Position numbers and translations under genes: made by a program. This document shows positions 37,901 through 51,170 of a stretch of 64,000 bases of DNA, one piece after another; positions within the stretch are counted from its first letter, which is position 1, and every line of letters starts with the position of its first letter. The stretch lies in the NCBI RefSeq assembly GCF_009914755.1, contig NC_060926.1; one strand, given 5' to 3'. The notes beneath the pieces are model-generated. The model searched no databases, had not been told where the DNA came from, and saw only the letters and a program-made list of their open reading frames with translations. This DNA comes from the human T2T-CHM13v2.0 reference genome, Homo sapiens.

Positions 37901-39129
37901 ATTGCCGTTTTCTGGTTGCTTTGTCACTTTTCTCTTCCTTTCTTTGTTTCTTACTGTCTTCCTGTGTGGTTAAATGATTGTCTCTGGTTGCTTTTTATTT
38001 TTAGTGAATCTATTATAGTTTTTTGGATTGTGCTCACCAAGAGGCTTACAAAAGCATCTTATAGACATAACAAATTATTTTTAATATATGACAACTAAGA
38101 TCACAAAGAAAAAAATAGAAACAGAAAATTTTTAAAAACTCTATACTTTAACTCCATCCCCTTTACATTTTGACTTTATGTTGTTTCAATTTACATATTT
38201 TTATATTGCCTATATCTTAACTAGTTGCTATTGGTATTATTGTTTTTGATAGATTTGTCTTTTAGGCTTTATACTAGAGTTCTGAGTAGATTGCACACAA
38301 TTACAATATTCTGGGTTTGTCTGTATACCTAATTTTTATCTTCAAAGGCTTTCTTTTTGCATGTTAATGTTTTTTCTTTCAGATTGAAGAACTCCTTTTA
38401 GCACTGTTTTTGTAAGACAGGTCTGTTGGTAATGAATTCTCTCATCTTTTTTTGGGGAAAAGTCTTTATCTCTCCTTCGTATTTGAAGAAAAGCTTGCTA
38501 AATACAATATTCTCAGATGGCAGTTTTTTCTTTCAGCACTTTGAAAATATCATTCTACTCTCTTCTCACCTGTATGGTTTCTATGGAGAACTCTGTTGCC
38601 GGACAAATTGAAGCTCTTTTTTATGTTATTTTCTTCTTTTCTCTTGCTGCTTTTACTTTGATTTTTGGGAGTTTGATTATATACCTTGAGGTAGTCTTAT
38701 TTGGGTCAAATCTATTTGGTTGTTCTTTCTGTACCTTGATATTTACATCTTTCTCAAATTTTAGAAAGTTTTCTATTATATCTTTGAATAAATTGTCTAT
38801 CCCTTGTTCTTCCTCAACTCCCTCTTAATTACCAATAATTCTTAGATTTGGTCATTTGAGGTAATATTTTATATATTGTAGGTAATCTTCACTTTCTTCT
38901 TTTTTCTATTTTCTGATTATTTTCAAATTACCTTTCTTTGAGCTCATGAATTCTTTCCTCTACTTGATCCATTCTGCTGTTGAGAGCCTCTAATTAATTT
39001 TTTCAGCTTAGCAAATGTATTTCTCAGTTTTAAGATTCTTGTTTGATTTTTAAAAATTATGTCAACCTTTTTGTTAAATTTATCCAATAAATTTGTGTTT
39101 TATCTTGAAGATCACTGAGTTTCCTTTAA

Positions 39130-39708
<579 letters not shown>

Positions 39709-41269
39709 TAGATTACTGTCCCCTTTTTGGCACTTGATGGTGCCTTAAGCTTAAGTCTGTCTCAGTTCTAATAAACAGTCAGTGTGCTACCCATCCCAAA
39801 TAAGGGGGGTCCCAAAGGGGATATTCCAGTAGTGTGATAAGGGGACTTGTGGAACAAACCTCCAACAGCATGATGCTGCTGAACAACTGCTCTGATTTGG
39901 CATCTTTGAGCTACAGAGCAGAGTTCTTAGGGCCAAGCATGGTAGTTCTACCTTCCTCCTTTGTCTCTGGTTGTCTTCAGGGATGTTTATCTTCTCAGGC
40001 ATTCTTGATGCTTCTTGTAGGTTAAGGCAGGGGCAGGTATCCTGCCAGGGAATCCAAGATGGTGGGAAAGTTGGTTGTTCACCTCAATCTCACTTTTTTC
40101 AGTGCAGAACCTATGAGTTAGAGGGTTGATTTTCTGTGAGCCTGGTGCTGGGCAGATTGTGGGGAGGGACACTGTTGATATGGAAGTCCAATTATCTTAC
40201 TGTCTGCTTGGAATTTTTTCACTTCTCTATGGTCCTGGAATGTGTCTCATCTTTGTTTTTGAGTTCTGGGATATTGTTGGTGATAATCTTGGCAACATAT
40301 GTTTGCTTTTTGGCTTTCTGTTGGGGGAGTAAAGCCAGCTTGATTCTATATTGCCATTTTGGAACTAGAAATTCCATGCTATAAAACATCTTTGAGGACA
40401 GTACCTAGTATGTTTCCTTGCACGTATACCTTCAAAAATATTTTTTGAGTTGCACTTACCTCCTCAAGCCACCATTTGTTCTTGGCTTGCCTATTTCTGA
40501 CTCTGTTCTCCCATTATTGTAGATATGTATTTATCCCAGTAGATATAAAAGTATATGCAGCAAATTTGAGGATTATGTAAAGTCTGTGATTGATAAAAAT
40601 ATTTTGAGTGATAAAATCAGTAGCCAAAAAAGCAGGCTGAGTTAAGAAAAATAGTAAGGTTAAATATAAAATCTATCTAAAAGAAACCATTGGCAAAGAA
40701 CTAGATAAGAAGGAAGTGGTTGAGCAGTAGCCTATGTAAAAAGAGTACCTAAAGATTTGACTCTGTGGTTCACCCTAAATGAGTCAACAGCATCAGTTGT
40801 TCCATTCTATCATTTATTAGCAGTCAAACTTGGGGAAGTCGCTTGACTTCATAGAGCATTTCCTCTTTCATTTCTTAAGAGCCCTAGAACTTCTGAGCCC
40901 TGGAACTATGTAGCAGACATTTCTAGGCAATAGAGTTGCAACTATGAAGAGTACTTGGTCTCTGTCCTTATAAACATACACACATTAGTGAAATAATATT
41001 TGTCCAAATTATAGTAAAGCAATAATATTCATCTTTAAGTGTTACTGTATAGAGATTAAATCAGAGAAGGACAAAAGAATGGAGAGAAATAGATAAATAT
41101 TATGTGAGAGATTGAAAAATATAAATAACAATACATGTAAAAATATCTAATATATTACCTGGATATGTTTTTACTCTTGATGTTACTTCAGTTTCTCTGT
41201 GATGCAACAGGATGTGAATTCATTTATTGTGGATGGTACCAGGAGTACTTTTTTTTTTTTAATCTGAGG

Positions 41270-41790
41270 ATGCATGTACTTCTTTGCATTTGAAAATTTA
41301 TTACTTATTGCATCTTCAAATATTTCTGTTCCCATATTCTACCTTATCTTCCGGAACTCCTACTGTGTGTAAGTTGGAGATTCTCAATTTATCTTATGTA
41401 TTTCTTGATGATTCTTTCTTGTAAAAAATGCCATTGTCCCTTTGTGCAGCATTCTGGGCAATTTGCTCAGTATTTTCTTCTAAAACATAATGTCTCTTTT
41501 CAATGGCTTCACTCTAAATTATCCAATATATTGAACTTAAAAATTGACAACTCTAGTTTTCATTTTATAAGATTTTTAATATATATGTCTGCTGTAGTTC
41601 CTTTTGCCTGTTTTATAATTTCCTCTTCATTTTTATGCAAATTATTATTTCATCTCTCTTGGAAAACCTAAATGTACTTACTTGCAAATTTTTGCCATAT
41701 TATCTCATAAAATTAAATTTTTTGGGTGAATTTATGGCCTGATTTTTGAATTTTTTTGCCATTTTAGATGTCTTCCTGCATTTTTGGCAT
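41270..41790 (-). mobile_element. Very old L1ME/HAL1-like 5'/ORF1 fragment
   Basis: tcttcaaatatttctgttcc...ccggaactcctact.....taagttgga and T-rich antisense composition. Confidence 0.4.
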
Positions 41791-42058
41791 TTGGTTTGGT
41801 AAGATCATTTTTGTGTGTATGTGTGTGGAAGAGTTTTGTGTTATTTCTTCCTGTCCCTCTACTTCAGGATTATTCTTCATGGTCTATTTTATTTCAGTTG
41901 TTTTCTACCAGCCCTGTGGTGTCCCAGACCAGATCCAAGTCTTATAATGGTATTGAGGGCTACTGTCCAGGAGCAATAGTGCAAATCTAGCCACTGGCGT
42001 TACAGAGAGGCTTGGCTTGACTTTGATGAGGTTGTGCCATTCTCCTCCTGCCTCCTTA

Positions 42059-42594
42059 TGTGTCCAGAATTTATTCCTCCCAGTGGGTTCTTGGTCTCGT
42101 TGACTTCAAGAATGAAGCCGCGGACCCTTGCAGTGAGTGTTACAGCTCTTAAAGGTGGTGTGTCCAGAGTTTGTTCCTTCAGATGTTCAGATGTGTCTGG
42201 AGTTTCTTCCTTCCAGTGGGTTCATGGTCTTGCTGACTTCAAGAATGAAGCCACGGACCTTCGCAGCAAGTGCTACAGCTCTTAAAGGTGGTGCAGACCC
42301 AAAGAGTGACTAGCAGCAAGATTTACTGTGAAGAGCAAAAGAACAAAGCTTCCACAGTGTGGAAGGGGACCTGAGCAGGTTGCCACTGCTGGCTCAGGGG
42401 GCCAGCTTTTATTCCCTTATTTGGCCCTGCCCACATCCTGCTGATTGGTCCATTTTACAGAGTGCTGATTGGTGCGTTTACAATCCTTTAGCTAGACACA
42501 GAGCACTGATTGGTGCATTTACAATCCTCTAGCTAGACAGAAAAGTTCTCCAAGTCCCCACCGAAACCAGAAGCCCAGCTGGCTTCACCTCTCA
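42059..42594 (-). mobile_element. 3' LTR12 (536 bp)
   Basis: Minus strand tgagaggtgaagccagctgggcttctgg...ctggacaca; preceded by the polypurine tract (atccccccctct on + at ~42595-42606). Confidence 0.95.
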
Positions 42595-42789
42595 ATCCCC
42601 CCTCTCAACAGGATACCCCAACTGCTGTTGGGGATTGGGCGATGACTGCTCTGGCTACTTCCTGCTGGATAGGGGTGAAGAAGGGGCCCTGCAGTTGTAG
42701 CATCCTCCAGAGGAGAACTCTTTAGCCCAGTGAAAGGGCCAGCGGGTCAGTCCAGGGGTCCTTGGTAGAAGTTGTTAGTTGAGCTCATT

Positions 42790-43260
42790 TGGGGTTCCAT
42801 TTTTAAGACCATCTGTAGCTTGATGGCCTTGATCCTAGAGGAAACAAATTTGACAAGGTGGTTAAAAATACAGGGCCCGAAGGTGAGTAATAGCAAGATG
42901 GCTGTCACAGGACCTAGAAAGGGGAGAAGCCATGTTGCCCAACTCCAGAGGTTGGTATAAGAGTTTGAAAGGCATTGTCTGATTTCAGAAGCCTTTTCCT
43001 GTAAACGCCAGGTGGCAGTCGTACTATCCCTGACTGGTTAGTGTAAAAGCAACACTCTTCCCCTAAGAAGGTGCAAAGTCCTCCTTTCTCAGCAGTGAGG
43101 AGGTCTAGGCCTTGGTGGTTTTGGAGAGTCACTGCTGCCAAAGAGTCTATTTGGGATTGTAGTTACTATCTTTACTGGATAGATTTTGTTATTTCTTGCA
43201 AACTCTCTGAGAAATCCTTTGAGAGTGTGTGGTAGTAGGATAATGCATGTTACACTGTTA
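42790..43260 (-). pseudogene. env: ERV9 env transmembrane remnant
   Basis: LQNHQGLDLLTAEKGGLCTFLGEECCFY: immunosuppressive domain plus CX6CC; frameshifted afterwards. Confidence 0.9.
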
Positions 43261-43819
43261 ATTTTTAGCAAACTTTACTTTGGTTCAAAACCTTGTTAAG
43301 TTTGAGATTTTAATTTTTCTTTGCTATTAATAAAACCTCGTTCAGTCCATATTAACTTAGAATTGGTATAGATGGCTCCTTGCTGATTCTGTAAGTACTT
43401 TAAAATTTTGCGGAGTGCAAACAACTTGCACGTTTGAGCAGACCAATTATTAGGCAATTTTTCCTAACTCTGCTTCTACAAGAGTTTCCTTATCATTTAC
43501 TGAATACCCATTGTGTCTTTTTCCCTTAATCGCCCCGGAGGAACCATCTATCATCCTGTCCTGAAGGGAGTTCCTCCTAGATCTGGTCGGACCTTTGTAT
43601 GGTAATTAATTAAGATTTAGATCGCCTGTTAGGAAACCTGCTGGGTTAAGGATTTTTGATAGGAAGGCTATGGGTTGTCAGTGGCCTCAGTGCTTTCGGG
43701 CTATGCCCTTGTTTACACTGACAACAAGGTGGTATTGCAGTGTTATAGGGTCACGGAGAAGACCTTCAATTATCGATTATAGGTTTTAAATTTACCCTGG
43801 CTTTTAAAGGAATAGGGTA

Positions 43820-44045
43820 CACTTTTTTTTCTTTCCTACTTCCATCTCTCTCTCTGACTTCTTCTTTGTCACTCTCTTTCTCTCTGACTCCCTGTTTGTC
43901 TCTTCCTCTCTTTCCTTCTTTGTCTGTCTCTTCCTCTCTCTCCTTGTCTCTCTCTCTCTTTCCTCTCTGATTCCCTCTTTGTCTCTGTCTCTTCCTGTCT
44001 CTCTGACTTTCTCTCTCTCTTTCCTTTCTGCTGGTCTTTCCCTGC
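43820..44045. repeat. CT/GA-rich low-complexity tract inside ERV9
   Basis: About 220 bp of (CT)n, ctctga and ctttgt units. Confidence 0.9.
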
Positions 44046-44086
44046 CTCTGCCAGCCACTTATGCTGCTGTTCTCCCCATCCTTCCC

Positions 44087-44480
44087 CTATTGATGGCTTT
44101 GGCAGTGTAAGACTGCCACCTCCGTGGGTTTTTGCACTGCATGCAATAACTCCATGGTATCCTTGTGATATTTAATGGGGGTTCCCCCAGAGGTTAGGAA
44201 CTCCCTTTCTTTGCATATTGCATTATGGGCATTTTGGATTAGATAAGCATACTTACTATCTGTAGCAAAGTCTCCCAATTACAACTGAGGAGGTGGGAGA
44301 AATACCTGGTTACAGGCTGTCCCATGATTCCTCGGATGGTAATGGACCTTGAGGACAGCTGTCCGGGACAGGAGATTAACACAGAGAAAGCCATGCTAGT
44401 GTCCTGGAGGAAGTCAATTCTCTGGCCCTCAGTGGTTAAACATAGCAGGGGCTCAGTGAGGGTGATGATGACACGAGCTG
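44087..44480 (-). pseudogene. pol: ERV9 protease remnant fused to RNase H remnant (RT deleted)
   Basis: Degenerate protease active site IDFLQDTS (~44395-44420) joined near 44265 to TDSKYAY...EVAVLHCQSHQ. Confidence 0.85.
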
Positions 44481-44497
44481 GCGCTTGCCCCAGGCAC

Positions 44498-45937
44498 CCT
44501 CAGTCCTATTGTTGGATCATCTGGTTGGGGGCTTCTGGCCCAGAAAACCTTTGTCCTCTGGGGCAGTGTGCCTTCCAGTGATTGCCTCAGCATAGTGGAC
44601 ATAGGCGAGGGGGTAGCTTGTTTCTCACTGGACAATCTTTTTTAAAGTGTCCTTGCAAACCACACTGATAAGGAGCCCTACCGGGTGATTGGCCTGCTCC
44701 ATTTTCTGTCCTCTCTGAACCACCAAGGTTTGTTTGAGGGCCATGACTAAAGCTGCGGCCTTTCTCTTATCTCACTTTTCCTTTTCAGACTGTTCCTCTT
44801 GGTCCCTATTATAGAACACTGAGGTTGCCAGATTTAATAATGCCTCCAGATTTTGTTCAGGGCCCAGGGCTCATTTTTGGAGCTTTCTCCTGTTATCTGT
44901 GGCTGATTTGGTAATAAACTTATCTTTTAGGATCAATTGATCCTCCAGTGAGTCGGGTGACAGGGGAGTATATTTTCTTAAGGCCTCCCATAGCCTCTCG
45001 AGGAAGGCAGAAGGATTTTCTTCCTTTGCCTGAGTTATGTTAGACATCATTGAATAATTCATGGGCTTTTTCCTAATTCTCCTAGTCCTTCTAGAACACA
45101 GGTCAACAGATGTTTATGACTCCAGTCCCCATGATCAGAGTTGAGGTCCCAGTGGGGATCCACACTGGGGATGGCTTGCTGACCAGTAGGGAATTTGTCC
45201 CTATCATTTATTTGACTAAGATACCAGGTATCTCCAAACTCTTGGGCTGCAGCTTAAGCCACATTCTTTTCATTAAAGGCCAGGGTTTGATCTAACAATA
45301 GCATGACATCTCTCCAAGTGAGATCGAAGGTTTTCCCTAGATCCTGTAGGACATCTATGTACCTATCAGGATCATCTGAAAACTTCCCCAGGTCTGCCTT
45401 GATCTGCTTTAAAACAGAGAGGGAGAAAGGGACATGTACCCGGGTTGGGCCAAATTCCCCTCCCCCTACAGCTTGAAGGGGACATAACCGATAGCCTGGG
45501 GGTTTTTGTGGTCCTTTGGAGATTTCTTTGCTTATTTCCTTCTGGGTGGGGGAGATTAAAGGAGGCTTATCATTAATACAAAGCAGAGCTACAGGGAGGC
45601 TAGGATATGGGGGTAAGCTGAGAGGTCCTCCTGTGAGATGTAAATTGCAAGCTTTGCATAGTTGTGTATTCTCCTTCAATGAAAAGAAAGCTTGGACATA
45701 AGGTATTTCACTCCATTTGCCTTCCCTCTTACAGAAAAGGTCAAGCTGCAAGATAGTATTGTAATTTATACTTCCCTCATGTGTCCATTTTTCCCCATCA
45801 GAGAGAGAATATTGGGGCCGAGCCATAGTGCAGAAAAAATTGAGCCACCTCTTTTTCAGGGTTTGTGGGTCAAATTAGTCCCAATGGCTTAGGATGCATT
45901 TCAAGGGTAAGCCTGTTGATGCCTGTGTGTTTCCCAT
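44498..45937 (-). pseudogene. gag: ERV9 gag, disrupted
   Basis: ATG MGNTQAS at 45937; [22 protein letters not shown]; VHVPFSLS; MHR-like ITQAKEENPSAFLERL; damaged zinc knuckles PYQCGLQGHFKKDC and CPLC*GNHWKAHC. Confidence 0.9.
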
Positions 45938-47128
45938 CTGAAAGACAAAACTGCCTGTGGTTTTGGTTTGTTTCCCCCCTGCCCAAGAACCTGCAACAGT
46001 CCCTGGACCCTGCTGATAGGAATGGTTGTGCTCACTGATGCAGCAGCAGAAATACCTCTCACTCAAGAACCCTCAATGGTCCCTGGACCCTGCTGATTGA
46101 AGTAGTTGCACTCACCAACACAGCAGCAGAAACACTAGTTTTCCTCCTAGACCACAAGGCGGACCGAGGAATGTCAGATTTAGTGGCCCTTACGGACACA
46201 TTCTCAAAAACCTGCACCCTTGCCTGTCCTCCTAGACCACAAAGAGGACCGAGAAAAATCAGATTTAGTGGCCCTTACCAATGCATTCTTGAAAACCTGT
46301 TAGAGTCCTAAGCATTCTCCTGTTAGTATTAGGACTTTACCCATCCTATAAAGATGTTATGCCCCAAAAATGAAGTGGAGGGGCATACCCTGAGGGAGGG
46401 AAGGGATCTCCAGGGTTGGAAGAGTGACACCTTTTGTCCTCACTTGAATAGGAAGGATATCATTTCTGAGGCTCGCCATATCCTAGCTGCAGGAATAGCT
46501 TTTGTTAGGCCTGCTAGTCTGAGGAGGGATCCTAAAATTCCAGATAGTACCCCCCATGACAGGGCTTTGGGCAAAAATTATGTCTTTCTGATTGGTGAGC
46601 GTGGGTGCCTAAAGAAGTTTACAGAGTCCTGAAGTTTATACTAGAAATCATTCTTATAGGAGAAACTAGAAAACACCAGAGACAGGGAGTGGTTTTTAGA
46701 AGCAGGACTGACCTCTGAGAAGAGAGGTGAGAGGAAGTTTGTCTGACAGGCATTAGGACCCAGGAGGCAAGAGTCAGGATAGATGGGCAAGTCTCGCTTG
46801 GGTGATGTGACTTTGTGAGTTCCACTCATGGCCGCAGGGTCAGTCAACTTGTTGTTGGGACCCCGGAGCTCAATGGCTTTCCTCTCTGTCAACCCTCGGC
46901 TCAGCCCATAAGTACAGAAAAGCAGAAGCTGGTTCCAGGCAAACCAATGCTCCCAGCTCCAAAGAGTTGGAGGTCGTTAGAGAGCCCTTTCTCAGAAAGC
47001 CTGACACCCATGACTTCAGTCCGTTGGCCATGCTAGTTGCTTTTAACTGGCCGACAGGTGCCTGGTATTTAGCCCCTGAATTCTAAGGAAAAATAGGAGA
47101 GAATAGCAAGCAAAAGGGGTCCGATGGT

Positions 47129-47137
47129 ACTCACCGC
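47129..47137 (-). promoter_or_regulatory. ERV9 leader splice donor GCG|GTGAGT
   Basis: actcaccgc on +, just downstream of the PBS in proviral orientation. Confidence 0.65.
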
Positions 47138-47146
47138 TTGGTGATA

Positions 47147-47164
47147 GTCCCATCTGGGTCACCA
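47147..47164 (-). promoter_or_regulatory. Primer binding site for tRNA-Arg
   Basis: TGGTGACCCAGATGGGAC, 17/18 complementary to the recalled 3' end of tRNA-Arg(CCG), GTCCCATCTGGGTCGCCA; the mismatch is a CpG transition. Confidence 0.85.
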
Positions 47165-47167
47165 AAA

Positions 47168-47852
47168 TGTGTCCAGAATTTATTCCTTCTGGTGAGTTCT
47201 TGGTCTCGCTGACTTCAAGAATGAAGCCACAGACGCTTGCAGTGAGTGTTACAGCTCTTAAAGATGGTGTGTCCAGAGTTTGTTCTGTCAGATGTTCAGA
47301 TGTGTCTGGAGTTTCTTCCTTCTGATGGGTTCATGGTCTCGCTGACTTCAAGAACGAAGCCGCGGTCCTTCGTGGCAAGTGTTACCACTCTTAAAGTTGG
47401 TGCGGACCCAAAGAGTGAGCAGCAGCAAGATTTATTGTGAAGAGCAAAAGAACAAAGCTTCCACAGCATGGAAGGGGACCTGAGCAGGTTGCCGCTGCTG
47501 GCATGGGGGGCCAGGTTTATTCCCTTATTTGGTCTCACCCACAACCTGCTGATTGGTCCATTTTACAGAGAGCTCATTGGTCCATTTTACAGAGTGCTGA
47601 TTGGTGTGTTTACAATCCTTTAGCTAGACACAGAGTGCTGATTGGTGCATTTTTACAGAGTGGTGATTGGTGCATTTACAATCCTTTAGCCACAGAGTGC
47701 TGATTGGTGCATTTTTACAGAATGCTCATTGGTGCATTTACAATCCTTTAGTTAGACAGAGCACTGACTGGTGCATTTACAATCTTCTAGCTAGACAGAA
47801 AAGTTCTCCAAGTCCCCACCTGACCCAGAAGCCCAGCTGGCTTCACCTCTCA
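47168..47852 (-). mobile_element. 5' LTR12 (685 bp) with tandem CCAAT enhancer repeats
   Basis: Same termini as the 3' LTR; 7 intact and 1 mutated attgg units at ~47549-47772. Confidence 0.95.
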
Positions 47853-48804
47853 CCTGGGTCTGGAGCTTCTTATAAAGCTTGACCCTCTTCAAGAACAAGT
47901 TGTGGGGGTTGCAACACTGCAGCCCCAATTTTAAGCAATGAGTCTGACTTTGTTACACCATCTCACCAGTAGAATATTTAGTCCCTATTGTAGTACAAGA
48001 TCAAAACTCCAAGCTACTAGGGCCTGCTTCTGGACTAACGGTAGAGTAAGCCTGTAGTTTTAGCTGTACATGTTATGTTCCATTTTCATTGTTTTTTTAG
48101 TCCACAGAGGTGTTAAATATTTTTGTAAATGTCCCTGTTTGTGTTTAAATAATTTCTTTTGCATTCATTTAACATGCTTGATCACTTTCAGAATGCTTAA
48201 GTATAGTTAATGTAAAACCAGAACTAAATTAAGGCAGCAGATGTCCAGTTGCATTGACAATTACCTGGAGAAAAAACAGCAAAAAATACTGCACCTATTT
48301 ACTGATAGAAACTCTATTGCTTGACATTTATATACAGTTATCACTGTAAATCTTTAACCAGCACTGAGGTCAGCTGGCCTTTATTTTTTCCTAACACCTT
48401 CCTTTTTTAAGCCCTTTTTGAGTTTTCATGGAATATTATTTATTTATAATTTAAAATAATTCTATAAAAATATTGGAAGAGGGGAGGAAAATAACAATAA
48501 GAACACAGTATGATTTATCTCAATCTCACAATATCTAGAGACTCAGTCTTACTAGAGATCACTGTATGTAATTCAATATCCATCACATTAGTGATTTAGT
48601 AAATATATTTTTAAAATTCTGGCTTTCTTCTTACTAAGTTAAAATTCCTCCATCTTTCCAGCAGAAAGGGAGAAAATTCCCACTCCTTAAATCTGTATCT
48701 CTAGTATCTAGTTCTTCACGTATATCAGAATTCAATAAACATTTGTTCAATACAACTTGCAAAAAAGGCTGGGCACTTTCATCATAGGCTTGGAGAATGA
48801 AATA

Positions 48805-49301
48805 CAGTTGACCCTTTGACAACACGAGGAGTTTGAACTGTGTGGGTAGGTTTATATGTAGATTTTTAAAAATGAACATTATAGTGAGTGTACCTGCCTC
48901 TTCTGCCTCTCATTCCACTTCCTCCACCTCTTCTGCCTCTGCTCTTACTGAGACAGTAAGAACAATCCCTCCTCTTCCTCCTCAGCCTACTCAATGTGAA
49001 GACAATGAGGATGAAGAGCTTTATAATGATCTACTTCCACTTAACGAATTGTAAATATATTTTCTCTTCTTTCTAATTTTCTTAATAACATCTTATTTTT
49101 TGTAGCTTACTTTATTGTAAGAATATACCATATAATACATGTAAAATACAAAATATGTGTTAATCAACTGTTTATCTGTAATGCTTCCAATCAATAGCAG
49201 GCTACTAATAGTTAAGTTTCAGGGGAATCAAGTTATATGTGGATTTTTGACTGTGCAGGGGTTCAGCACCCCTAACCTCTGCATTATTTAAGGGTCAACT
49301 G
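48805..49301 (+). mobile_element. Tigger2a/2b-like (MER28) element
   Basis: TIRs cagttgaccctt...aagggtcaactg with TA on both sides; cctcagcctactcaatgtgaagacaatgaggatgaaga core. Confidence 0.9.
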
Positions 49302-50044
49302 TACATGCATTTAACATTTCTAGACACTAGTTATGTCATGAAAGAACCCAGGTAGTTGGAACAGTCATATCTCTACCACATCTTACTGGAATGAACCATA
49401 GAAAATGACACTTCACAGTAGTTCCCACTGGATATTTATGGGGGCAGAAATCTAATGTATAATAATACATAGATGTGCAATGTATGATTAAGCATATATG
49501 GTGTTAGTACAGTAGTTCATGTGGACAAGAGGAATGCACAATGTACACAGTTATAGCATTAATTTTGTGATTCTTTTCAATACTGATGTAGCAGTTAAAA
49601 TAAGATTATTGCACTCCACATAGAGAATTCAGAGAATGGTTTAAGTAGACTTTCAGCTTGGGTGCTGGCCATGAAGTGAGATGCTTCTTTCCTGAAATTA
49701 TCCTGGGGAGAAGGGTCCTCCATTTTTGGTTTACAAGACCAGAGTAATGTAATTATACTACAAGGACTCCTTCATTTGAGTAACTTGTTTCAATTAGACT
49801 AGTGAGTGGCATAAAAACAATGAGAGAAAAGTATGTGATAGATGCTGCTTGGATGATTATTATATTCAGTATAACAATAAACCTAATGGCTACTAGGTTT
49901 TTATGTCAAATTCTGTGGGCTTATTTATGAAATATCATTTGGTTTTGTATTATTCTTTATTGCCATAGCACTAGTTTAGTCCTTTATACATTTCTTTTGT
50001 ACAAATTCAATTACTTTTAACTAGTTTCCCTACCTTGAGTCTGA

Positions 50045-50200
50045 TGGCTCTTAATATTTATGGGGTCTGGTACCTTTCTGAGAATCTGATGAGAACTATG
50101 AAACTTCTTCCTTGAAAATGCACTTAAGCACGTACAGTCCACATGTTATATAAACTTCAGTGGGGTTCATGAGACCCTGAAGCTGGCATGTGGACTTCCA
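50045..50200 (+). mobile_element. Charlie4z-like MITE
   Basis: gagaatctgatgagaactatg...aaaatgcac...cagtggggttcatgagaccctgaag. Confidence 0.7.
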
Positions 50201-50234
50201 CAGTACTTCCATTTGATTCTATTAGATCTGTGTT

Positions 50235-50490
50235 ATTCATCATCCATTTATGCATCAAATGCTTTTGAGTATGCACTAAATTTGATGCACATGTGCTAAG
50301 CTTTGGAAATGCAAAGATAGGTAGGAAATGAGCTTTCCTCTAAGGAACTCATCATAGTCTAGACTAGAAGAAATATGTCTCATATATGCAATACAGTGTT
50401 ACAGGTATTTATGGGCTACAGAGAAAGCCCCATACAGAAAGTTTTGGTTCTGTTAGGGGAATATTGAGTAAAAGCTTCATGAAACAGGTT
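50235..50490 (-). mobile_element. L2 3' fragment
   Basis: ttcatcatccatttatgcatcaaatgcttttgagt...ctctaaggaactcatcatagtctag. Confidence 0.6.
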
Positions 50491-50589
50491 AACTCTTACA
50501 AAGGAATGTCTTGATGATTCTATTCCTACATTCAAAAAACTGCAGTGATGCTCTATTGAAATTTAAGAAACTTGTTAATCAGATTTCAA

Positions 50590-51170
50590 TCTATTTTTGT
50601 CTTGTTAGTTATCAGCCAAGTCACATGAGGGAAATTACATAAAATCCCTGGATTTTGATTTTTCTCATCTATGGTAATAAGAACAACAGTAGTAACAAAC
50701 AAGTACTACTTTATGGAATTTTGGAGAAGAATAATAAGTTCATCTGCAAGCATTGTACTAATGTTTTACATTTATTATTTCTAGGGTATTAAGGTGGCTA
50801 AATATGGGGACTTTGGGGTCAGCAAAATCTCTGATCTTTCTTGGCTTTGCCAATTTTTGTCTGTCTGATTTGGGGCAAGTAATTTGACCTGCTTATTCAT
50901 TTTCTCATCTGCACAAAAGGAATACATGCCTTCCAAGGATAATTGTAAGGATTAAATCAGGCAATGCAAATAATCTGAGCATGGTGCCTATCACAATACT
51001 AGACACTCTTATTACTATTGGAAAAATTGTCTTTTTAGTGCATATAATTATCACCATTTATAGGTAAGGAAACTGAGGTCCATATAGCTAAATAACTTTC
51101 TCATACAGTTCATACAGGCATGGAAATGTACAGTTGGCATTCAAGTGTCTTTGGCTTCAAAGGTCATGGT
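50590..51170. mobile_element. Cluster of three MIR fragments (+, +, -)
   Basis: tttctcatctatgg; ggggcaagtaatttgacct...ttctcatctgc...aaggattaaat; aggaaactgaggtc. Confidence 0.6.

Larger units (their letters stand above)
42059..47852 (-). mobile_element. ERV9 (HERV9) provirus with two LTR12, pol largely deleted
   Basis: Two homologous LTRs, PBS, gag, protease and RNase H remnants, env TM remnant and PPT, in retroviral order on the minus strand. Confidence 0.95.

Noticed and set aside
43804-44058. Charged E/R/K-rich 84-aa ORF
   Set aside because: Translation of the GA-rich low-complexity tract in ERV9.
45990-46300. Two pairs of tandem duplications (ccctggaccctgctga, cctcctagaccaca)
   Set aside because: As I recall, these are a standard feature of the ERV9 leader rather than locus-specific.
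47147-47164. tRNA-like sequence
   Set aside because: Only the 18-nt retroviral primer binding site; not a tRNA gene.
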